A program made the translations under genes and the position numbers. A stretch of DNA of 64,000 nucleotides from Tetramitus jugosus. Its lineage: Eukaryota > Protista > Heterolobosea. A model generated the notes under the pieces. It did no database searches. It had not been told where the DNA came from and worked only from the letters and a program-made list of their open reading frames with translations. Location: the NCBI GenBank assembly GCA_937625935.1, contig OW569348.1:496001-560000 (forward strand), in the 5' to 3' direction. Below are positions 55,661-64,000 of this stretch, piece by piece (position 1 is the stretch's first letter; each line of letters begins with the position of its first letter).

Positions 55661-57415
55661 ATGAAAAATCATCACCGAAAAGAACGATCTTTATTGATTG
55701 ATACTTTTAAGCCATTAATTACCACCTATGGTAGTGTTTCTGAGAATCAATCTTCTGGAATCGCTCAAAAACAAGCAGTACCCTCTGTACACTCACCTGT
55801 TGATGAACCAAAGAGCATTGCCATATCCATTGTCGACTGTGCTCCAGATACAACAGACAATTTTATCGATGATGGTAGTGGAAATTTAGTTTCTGCCATG
55901 TTTGACAGCAACAATGAGATATGCAAAGACAAGAACATGTCTATCAATGATGATCCAATTATACCATTGGTGAGTAGTGATGATGAGAGTCAACCATCGA
56001 TCATCTCGTTCCATAAACGTCTCACCTGGAGTAACATTTGGAATGAAATGATAAAGATTGCTCAGATTGCTCTACCGATGGCTGTGACTCAACTGTGTAC
56101 TCAACTGTTGGAGCTAGAAAATTTGATGTTTGTTGGTCAGTTGCACAATAGTACCATTTTAGCTGCTGCTGCATTGGCGAGCTCCTATTTTGTGTGCTTG
56201 TCCTGGTTAGCGAGCGGTCTGTCCTCGGCGCTTGATACACTCGTTTCTCAAGCAGCAGGAGCAAAGCAACCGCACAAGATTGGTGTAGCTGGTACGCGAG
56301 GTGTGTTAATCACAAGTGTTGCCTGTATTCCCATTATGGCACTCTTCTGGTTCGCTCCTCATATTTTCCTGCTGATGAAACAAGAACCGCATATTGCTCA
56401 ATTAAGTGGACGATATGTGAGATACTTGATACCAGGTCTGTGGCCCCTAGTCACTTATCGTACATTGACATCATTCCTCGTGAATCAAAACTACCAGAAA
56501 TACCCGACGTGGATCTCGATCTCAAGCGTTGTGGTCAATATTGTGCTATGTTATGTGTTGGTTCTTGGTGCTTTTGGTTTCAAGGGACTTGGTTTCATTG
56601 GTGCTCCAATAGCATGCTCGCTCACCCGTATCATTCAATTACTTACGCTACTATGGATCGTGTATGTGAAGAAGCTGCACTGGAAGTCTTGGGAAGGTAT
56701 CATTCACTTTAGAGAATGCATCAAGTGGCGTGGTATTGTCGAGTTCTTGAAACTAGGTATCCCAGGCATGTTCATGGACGTGTTGGACATTTGGGTGTTC
56801 GAGAGTATTGTGATACCGGCAGGTATATTGGGTGATAATCATCTCGCAGCACACTCTGTCATCCTGAGCCTCTATTTGATCACTTTTATGATACCACTAG
56901 GCATTGGTATTGGCGGAAGTGTAAGAGTAGGAATGGGATTAGGTTCTGGAAACCCTAGAAGAGCAAAGTTGTCCTGTGCAATCACGGTTCTCATGTCCGT
57001 TCTCGTTCAAACGACCCTGTGCGTCATCATATTTGCTCTGCGCTACAAGATTGGATATCTCTATACGAGTGATGAGCGAGTGATTGATCTCATAGCCAAA
57101 ACTATTCCTATTAGCGTTTCTTTTCAGATATTTGATGCAGTCAACGCAGGTACTAACGGAACAATCAAAGGAATTGGAAAGCAATTTGCAGGTTTTCTGA
57201 TTACAATGATCTCATATTGGTTCTTTGGATTTCCATTGGGCAATCTTCTTGCATTCTACTTTGGTTTGGAATTGATGGGTCTGTGGTTGGGATTGGCTTT
57301 TGGTGCCTTTTTCATCGCCATTTCCAGCATTGTTGTCATTGTGTTCATCGTTGACTGGGACAAGGAGAGCAAGATTGCTGTTGAGCGAAACAAGACGAGT
57401 ATAATTGCAACGTAA
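55661..57415 (+). CDS. MATE family transporter
   Basis: About 12 TM; ALDTLVSQAAGAK, GLGFIGAPIA, FLKLGIPG, SVRVGMGLG, GLWLG. Confidence 0.93.
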   Translation: MKNHHRKERSLLIDTFKPLITTYGSVSENQSSGIAQKQAVPSVHSPVDEPKSIAISIVDCAPDTTDNFIDDGSGNLVSAMFDSNNEICKDKNMSINDDPIIPLVSSDDESQPSIISFHKRLTWSNIWNEMIKIAQIALPMAVTQLCTQLLELENLMFVGQLHNSTILAAAALASSYFVCLSWLASGLSSALDTLVSQAAGAKQPHKIGVAGTRGVLITSVACIPIMALFWFAPHIFLLMKQEPHIAQLSGRYVRYLIPGLWPLVTYRTLTSFLVNQNYQKYPTWISISSVVVNIVLCYVLVLGAFGFKGLGFIGAPIACSLTRIIQLLTLLWIVYVKKLHWKSWEGIIHFRECIKWRGIVEFLKLGIPGMFMDVLDIWVFESIVIPAGILGDNHLAAHSVILSLYLITFMIPLGIGIGGSVRVGMGLGSGNPRRAKLSCAITVLMSVLVQTTLCVIIFALRYKIGYLYTSDERVIDLIAKTIPISVSFQIFDAVNAGTNGTIKGIGKQFAGFLITMISYWFFGFPLGNLLAFYFGLELMGLWLGLAFGAFFIAISSIVVIVFIVDWDKESKIAVERNKTSIIAT

Positions 57416-57442
57416 GTTTACTTTCGCTTCAGACGTGGAATA

Positions 57443-57838
57443 TTAGATCTTTGCACTGAGTAGGAACTGTGCCAGTGCGTACACATTGAGTGAATGACCA
57501 ATGATGTCACTCCAGGTCAGGAAAAAGTCAACTGTTATCCACTTGCCTCTGTACTCCTTGACACTCCAATCTCTGATCCGTATGGCGTAGTGCCCCTTGT
57601 TCCAAGTCCATACATAATACGCGTGGGCAATGGCTTGAAACGCCACATAATAGAAGAATCTTCCATGTATCAACCATGGCAAGAAATGACTCAACCCATC
57701 AAAAACAAAGTAGTATCTTCGATCTTTCAAGTTGTCAAGCGAGGGTGGCTTGTATCTAAACAAGACATTCAGATGTGCCAGAATATGAAACAATTCAATC
57801 GACAATAGTACAACAGAGATGATCTCAAGAGAAGACAT
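57443..57838 (-). CDS. Small multi-pass membrane protein, unknown function
   Basis: 131 aa from ATG 57838 with 3-4 hydrophobic helices containing intramembrane E/H/D residues. Confidence 0.7.
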   Translation of the reverse strand: MSSLEIISVVLLSIELFHILAHLNVLFRYKPPSLDNLKDRRYYFVFDGLSHFLPWLIHGRFFYYVAFQAIAHAYYVWTWNKGHYAIRIRDWSVKEYRGKWITVDFFLTWSDIIGHSLNVYALAQFLLSAKI

Positions 57839-57939
57839 GACAATAGTTGTGTGGTTGTGTTTGATCTGAGCTGTTTGATGTTTGTCGTCGTTTATAAATG
57901 GGTTGGATGGGTGTTCCAAAAACAATTTGCAAAGTTCTT

Positions 57940-60786
57940 TTACATGATATTTGAAATGACTCCCGATTGAGCTGCACAGAGGTAGATAATGATGCTTAGT
58001 AAGTCTTCTTGACCCAATGGAGGGAAAAGCATCAATCTATGCTCTGTATCCACCTTCATTGCTAATTGTGCATCCTCTGACCGTTGACTGATCGCAGCTT
58101 TCAGTGTATAGCACTTTGCTGTGTGACTTGACGCGAAAGAAGAATCGTTTTCTCTCGATTTGAGATCAAAATCGAGTGCTAAATTACACTCTTGCAATGC
58201 TTCACTCTTCCTGCCAAAACAGTTCAAAATATATGCCCTCAACAGATGTAAATTAATACAGTAAATGTTATTCGATTGGTCCGTGTCTAGATCTGTATCC
58301 TCTCGTTTGTTGTCTTGTGTTGTTGGTAACTTTACTACATCAAAACCAACACCAAACAATGAATCAGACAGCTTAATAGTTACAAGAGTAATTGCATTTG
58401 TAATATCGTTCAATGCTTCCCTCATTAAATTGATGACGGTAATCCTTCTCACAATCAACTCACTATTTAGCTGATGGTGATTGTTTTCATCGCTCGATTG
58501 TCCATTGGTATGTTCAGAAGTATGATTCGTGTTGTTGTGGCTTCTTTTGCCATCACTTTGACTCGTTGATAAGTTAAGCAATATGTAACATTGGATCAAT
58601 GATCGATAATAGAAAGACTCTGACAGCGTTGGATTCAATGTAATGCACGTGGTGAAATTTCTCATTGCCTCCTCAAGTGTGTTATTGTTGCCAGCAGTGG
58701 ATGAACTATGGAGAAAGTAGAGCATTCCGAGCGTGAAGTAATAGAAGGACCATGCCATGTGAATGCCAGTGACACGACACGAATAATCATTGTTCGTATC
58801 CTTATCTGCAGGTGATGTGGCTTCAGTAGTCGTATCAGGTCCAGAGAATGAATCCCGAGGCAGCAGCAACGACATTTCACTCACTTGCCTGCATGCAGCC
58901 GAGAATACCAACTCCTTTGCACGAGTAATATTTCTATCAGTCATACTGGCAAACACACCTTCGAACCTTTGTCGGATATGCTCGCAAAATCTATCAATTC
59001 CTTCAGAGAAACAATTGTTCATGAAGAGAACTATGCCAATATCGATCAGAATGTTCTGATTGGGTGTATAGGGTGTTGAATCTCTTGTGGGAGCAAACAA
59101 AGTTGGAGAATCATTCTGGTAGACACGATAACTGGACAGTGCCTCTTTGTAATTGCCCAACATGCAGTTGACGAGCATGTGTAACTCATAGTACTCTCTC
59201 GTCTTATTCTCCACCTTTTCCAAGAATCGCTGAGCTTGAGTGTACTGATTCATCTGATAGAGTACACGAGTACATTTGGTGAAGCATTCACCACCTTGAA
59301 ACATGCGATCTGTCCTTGTAACAACCTCACAATCAGCAAATGCTTGATCGAAATGACCCAACTCTAGATTAGTCATCATACGATCATAGTACACCTCAGA
59401 TGTCTTGAGAAAGAGATGATAATTGACCGGACTGATCATCAAATATTCAATTGCCCTTGAAAAATCAGTCAGTGCCTCTCTCATCCTCTTCATTACAAAC
59501 AATGCCTTGCCTCTCAGATAATACAGCTCTCCAGGGTTCACTGGTTGAAGTTGTAATGCTGCTTCTGCAAATATAATCACATGTGGATATGATTCGCAGT
59601 ACTCTTGGTATATTCTTGCTAGACCTTCAAATGCTCTTGCACTTGGTTTCAGACTTAAGCTCCGCTCAAAACTATGAATGGCCTTCGTGTAATTATTCCT
59701 GTAAATGTGACTGTATCCCTTGTCCGTATAGTAATCTTCATCATGTTTCTTGTGATTGCTACGCGAATTATGAAACAGGGAGAGCCGACCGAGAGAGGAA
59801 GCTGACGATGTGATTGAAGGTGAATGCAACAACGACAGTGAACCACCAGTAGTCGATGAATGAGTAGACGAAGAGGAATGCGAAGTGGATGAGGATGAAG
59901 ATCCTGATGACCCTGACGATGATGACGATGAAGAGCTATTACCCCTACTACCACCACTATTGGACATCATGATCATCATTGCCAAATTAATCTTCTTACC
60001 TGTTCCTTGCCTCAAAATCTTGAATCGCTCAAAAAACAGCTCCTTCCATATCAGCTCAAACTTCTCCTGACGCGTCAACTGACCAATACTTGTCTGTTGA
60101 TGAAAAAGCACGTGCTTTAAATTGGCGCGCAAAGTTTTTTCACCAGAGATATCACCGTAGCGATAAAAGTGATTGAATTCAACGACACCAATCGTATGAC
60201 TCATCATTGTAGTTGCATAGTGATTCGTAAGTGAACTTTTTGACGTTGCATGATGATTGTAGAAACTGCTATCGTTGTTGATATTGATCATGTGTCGGTT
60301 ATCTGTCATCATAGGATTACTATTATGATCATTCCAAGGTTGTTCATGACTATGGTAACAACAATAGTGACACGTGGGTTGGTTATTGAATGGCAAGCTA
60401 TTACCATGATGATGATTATTACTATTACTGTGATTATTACTACGATGATAGCAAGCACCAAGATTGTTATTAGTCGCCGTGGCAGATGGTGGTGTAAAGA
60501 GTTGAACCTGACGATGAGGCACACTCCACAATTGTTCATACAGGTGCACCCACATGGCATCACATGCCTTGTTCATCTTCTTGAACAAGAGTCGTGCAGT
60601 CAACAGTGAATGAATGGGAAGGTAGGAAGCAATTAGCTTTAGAACTTCATCGGGCAATGATGCATCAAACGATGGCCTACATGTTGATGATGATGATGAT
60701 GATGAGAATTTGGGATATCCAGTGTTGTTTGACGTGTTATTGTTGTTGGATGAAGATGAGAGGCTCGTTGCGATTGTCGTGAGCAT
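57940..60786 (-). CDS. F-box / TPR protein
   Basis: SLPDEVLKLIASYLPIHSLL...MWVHLY F-box and multiple TPRs (YYLRGKALF...EALTDFSRAI). First ATG 60786. Confidence 0.85.
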   Translation of the reverse strand: MLTTIATSLSSSSNNNNTSNNTGYPKFSSSSSSSTCRPSFDASLPDEVLKLIASYLPIHSLLTARLLFKKMNKACDAMWVHLYEQLWSVPHRQVQLFTPPSATATNNNLGACYHRSNNHSNSNNHHHGNSLPFNNQPTCHYCCYHSHEQPWNDHNSNPMMTDNRHMININNDSSFYNHHATSKSSLTNHYATTMMSHTIGVVEFNHFYRYGDISGEKTLRANLKHVLFHQQTSIGQLTRQEKFELIWKELFFERFKILRQGTGKKINLAMMIMMSNSGGSRGNSSSSSSSSGSSGSSSSSTSHSSSSTHSSTTGGSLSLLHSPSITSSASSLGRLSLFHNSRSNHKKHDEDYYTDKGYSHIYRNNYTKAIHSFERSLSLKPSARAFEGLARIYQEYCESYPHVIIFAEAALQLQPVNPGELYYLRGKALFVMKRMREALTDFSRAIEYLMISPVNYHLFLKTSEVYYDRMMTNLELGHFDQAFADCEVVTRTDRMFQGGECFTKCTRVLYQMNQYTQAQRFLEKVENKTREYYELHMLVNCMLGNYKEALSSYRVYQNDSPTLFAPTRDSTPYTPNQNILIDIGIVLFMNNCFSEGIDRFCEHIRQRFEGVFASMTDRNITRAKELVFSAACRQVSEMSLLLPRDSFSGPDTTTEATSPADKDTNNDYSCRVTGIHMAWSFYYFTLGMLYFLHSSSTAGNNNTLEEAMRNFTTCITLNPTLSESFYYRSLIQCYILLNLSTSQSDGKRSHNNTNHTSEHTNGQSSDENNHHQLNSELIVRRITVINLMREALNDITNAITLVTIKLSDSLFGVGFDVVKLPTTQDNKREDTDLDTDQSNNIYCINLHLLRAYILNCFGRKSEALQECNLALDFDLKSRENDSSFASSHTAKCYTLKAAISQRSEDAQLAMKVDTEHRLMLFPPLGQEDLLSIIIYLCAAQSGVISNIM

Positions 60787-61468
60787 CCTGTCGTTTGCTA
60801 CCACACGACACACAATGGATGGAGGATGTTTGTTTTGTTTGTTTGTTCCGAAGATTGTTGCTTGATGTGGTTTTTTGACAATCACGTGGCGAGTTCCTGC
60901 CAAGGGCGTGGATGGCGAATTTAATTCCGAGTTTAACAAAAGTGGAAAAGGGAGATTCGTACACAATTTCAACACAGGGAAGGTCAAATCAATGTCCTTC
61001 TTGGTTTTCTCATTTTTCTTTTTGTTGTTTTGTGAGATAGGCACACTTTTGAACGTTGATATGGGGTGTGGGTTTATTTTGTGAAAAAAATGGTGTTTTG
61101 TCTCTTTTTTCGATGGTTGCTGCGTTTTTGTTCAAGTTTGTCGTCAGTGCAGCGCTTCTGTTGTTGAAATGTGTGTGGTCTTCTCCTTTCCTACTACGAC
61201 TGCTTACTATATTCATTGGCTCATTTCATTCATCATGATGTTATGATCACACAAGCGCTGCCTGAATGAACAAAAATTCTGCTGCTTTTTTTTTGTTGTT
61301 AATGTATCCTAAAATGTGGTTCTTCTTCTTCTTCTTCGAGTGTGTATGGTGGTGCTGGGGGTGTAAAATATATAATGTGTGTGTTCGTGCATGCGATGTT
61401 GTTGAGTAATGAGGATTGGTTGTGATGAACCTCTCACCGTCTCCTTCTTCTTCTTCGTCTATTGCTTC

Positions 61469-62578
61469 TTAAACAAGAATGCAGCAACCACCACCAGACT
61501 TCTTCTCCACTTCCTTCACAGGTGGATTCAAAACTGCTTTAATCACTGACATGAACACTTCTTTGAGGCCCTTGTGAGACTTTGCAGAGCATTCGTTATA
61601 ATCTAGAGCGCCAATATCAGCCATCAATTTTTTTCCGTCCTGTGTAGTCACAATGGATTCGCCTTGATCCTGAAGCTTTTGCAAATAGGCTTCATCTGTT
61701 CGCAAATCCATCTTGGTTCCACAGAGAACAATAGGTACTTCAGTGCTGAACTGTTTCACTTCAGGCACCCATTTAGCAATCGCATTGTCATAACTGGTTT
61801 TGTTCACAGTAGATATACACAATAGAAAGACTTGAGTCTCTGGATAGGACAATGGTCTTGTTCGGTCAAAATCTATCATGATTGATTAGTTGTTTGTTTG
61901 TTATTTGTTGGTTCGTTTCATTGGTGTAGTCATGGTAGTAGTAATAATAGTAGTGATTATTATTGGTATTGTATTGTGTGTCATTTCATTGATATTGGTG
62001 TGGTTGTTGTTTGATAAGAGGAGGAAGCAATAGAAGAAGAAGAAGAAGCAACACGTGTTAGTTCGTCCATACACACCAACATCTAAAAGTTCAAAATTTG
62101 TTTGTTCAATGACATACCTGACTGACCAGCCGTATCCCACAAACTTAGAGAAATAGATTCATTGCCGTACAAGACGCAAGCAGAGTAATTATCGAACACT
62201 GTTGGCACATACTCCTCAGGGAAGCTGTTTGTCTATTGTTGTTTGAATTCACAATTAAAAGCAAGAAGTGTTAATGAAGGCCTTGGCTCAGAGCAAAACA
62301 ATTATTGTTATTGCTGTTGTGTTTGTTTTTTCAAATCATTCAAAAGTGTGTGATAGATGGTGGTACTGTGCTCTAGCACATTGCAGTGAAGAAAACCAAA
62401 GGGCAACTCTCTCGTTCATGAGGTAATAGAGAAGTCGTGTATGCGTGAAAGTGATGAATTGAATTTAAATGTGTTGTGTGTGTGTGATGAGAGAGAGACA
62501 TACAGTGTATGAGATGAGCAAACTAGTCTTACCAACGGCACCATCGCCGAGAACAACGCACTTAAGTGTTACTGACAT
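61469..62578 (-). CDS. Rac/Rho-family small GTPase; exons 62578-62504, 62232-62118, 61872-61469
   Basis: Spliced product (197 aa): [38 protein letters not shown] CaaX. Two GTATGT...TAG introns. Confidence 0.95.
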
Positions 62579-63038
62579 ATTGTTATTGACTTTCTAGAAA
62601 CGAGTTATTTTGTTCTTTGTTTACTTTTGTCCTCTCTTGCGCCTCTGATGGGAAAATACGGTGAGTGTCGTTCGTTTTTGTTTGTTGATGAGGACAAAAG
62701 CCGCTCTCACAGATGTCACTCACTGACAGCTGACGGAAATAGTGGCGGATTGTAAAGCTTCATATTCATGATTTTTAGGAAACTCGGAGTAAAATACCAC
62801 GGGGTTTTGTTTATTGAGCGTTCAATCAACACTGACGGACTTTTAGTGCAGACAAAGATAGAACAACGCTTGTTTCGACCTTGTTGGCGGCCATGTGGCA
62901 TCACTGATTTGTTCTCTCGAAAAAAAAACATTTGTGATCAATCACAAAATCCAAACAAAAACTTCGAAAAAAAAAGCAAACATCATCACAACCATCGTCA
63001 CTTTCGCTTGAGCGCAACAAACGACAACAATAGACAGA

Positions 63039-64000
63039 ATGGAGCCATACAAGAAGGATGACGACGAGGAATTCTATACATTTCCATTTCAGAACTTGGA
63101 ACCAACATCCGTTCTGCAGGAATCCAGAGAATTTAACAATACGCCGATCAAAGCAAGACAATGTGTTTTGATTATTACGAAGCTGTTGTATGTTTTGGGT
63201 CAAGGAACACACTTTTCTAAATTGGAAGCTACAGATGTGTTCTTCAATTGCACAAAGCTTTTCATTACTGATGATGTGAGTATTGTTGTTGTTGTTGTTG
63301 TATTCTTATGATCATGACTATGAATTCCACACACCACAGATGATGCTAACACACGCTATGATTCTTCATTTTTAACGACAAATATTGATTCAATTGTCGA
63401 CAATTGTGATCATATATGTGACCTTATTTTCGTTGATAATGAACAGCCAAAATTGAAGCGTATGCTGTATTTGATTATTGCAGAATTGGCTGCAGACGCT
63501 GAGAATAGTTTTGCTGCTGCAAACAGTTTATTGAAGGCAATGAGCTCCAACACGGATGAACACAAGTCTCATGCCATTCGTACCTTGAGAAGAATCACTG
63601 ATGTATGTTATTTGTTGTTTGTTATGTGATTATTGTTATTGTTGTTGTTGTTGTTGTTGTGAGAAGATTTTGTTAACACGTATGGAATTTTCAACTTGAT
63701 TTTGTGATCAATAGGCCTCCATGTTTGGTGCAATGGACAGACATTTGAAGCAAGCAGTTGTCGATCAATCACCATCCGTTGCTTCTAGTGCTCTCATTTC
63801 TGGTTTGCACTTGAGTGATTCCAATTTGGATCTTGTCAAGAGATGGAGCAATGAAATTCAATCGGCTCTCAAGAACAGATATCACATGGTACAGTACCAC
63901 GCACTCGCTCTCATGTACAAGCTCAGATATCAAGATGCCTTGGCTGTTTCAAAGCTCGTTTCTTCCAATATTACCAACTTTAGATCGCCATTGGCTCACA
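63039..64000 (+). CDS. COPG: Coatomer subunit gamma (3'-truncated); exons 63039-63275, 63447-63602, 63715->64000
   Basis: VLQESREFN, ITKLLY, EATDVFF, AIRTLRRITD, LKQAVVD, VKRWSNE, MVQYHAL. Two phase-0 GT-AG introns. Confidence 0.95.

Noticed and set aside
62233-62503. Possible intronic snoRNA in the Rac intron
   Set aside because: No convincing paired C/D or H/ACA boxes with terminal stem or guide sequence.
63391-63406. 16-bp palindrome CAATTGTCGACAATTG in COPG intron 1
   Set aside because: Single occurrence with no associated element; plausible by chance in 64 kb.

Overview
Gene-dense eukaryotic nuclear DNA (about 40% GC, standard code, few short GT-AG introns, many poly-Q/N/S/T tracts), not prokaryotic. 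The alpha-tubulin is very close to the Naegleria flagellar type, so a heterolobosean (Discoba) source is likely. About 33 protein genes are supported, including CSN4, MAP10-like, VMA21, R2R3-Myb, LCL3-like nuclease, OGDH E1, APEH, NDB-type NADH dehydrogenase, alpha-tubulin, GP63/leishmanolysin, ADHFE1, PARP16, TPI, cytochrome b5/b5-reductase fusion, MATE, Rac and gamma-COP. Two RNA genes invisible to the ORF track are present: a complete nuclear RNase P RNA (6424-6790) and an intron-containing tRNA-Glu(TTC) (48278-48374, minus). Most notable: (1) a REC-PDE-pseudoREC-HPt protein, i.e. a RegA-type phosphodiesterase carrying its own RdeA-like phosphotransferase; (2) an EF-hand glutaminase that has lost the catalytic S-x-x-K but kept substrate-binding residues; (3) an F-box fused to a degenerate, prenylatable Rho domain; (4) a bacterial DUF695-type protein carrying eukaryotic low-complexity inserts and a zinc ribbon; (5) a shared AACGG + E2F-like promoter module upstream of putative flagellar genes. 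All family assignments come from recognising motifs by eye; no database searches were run.
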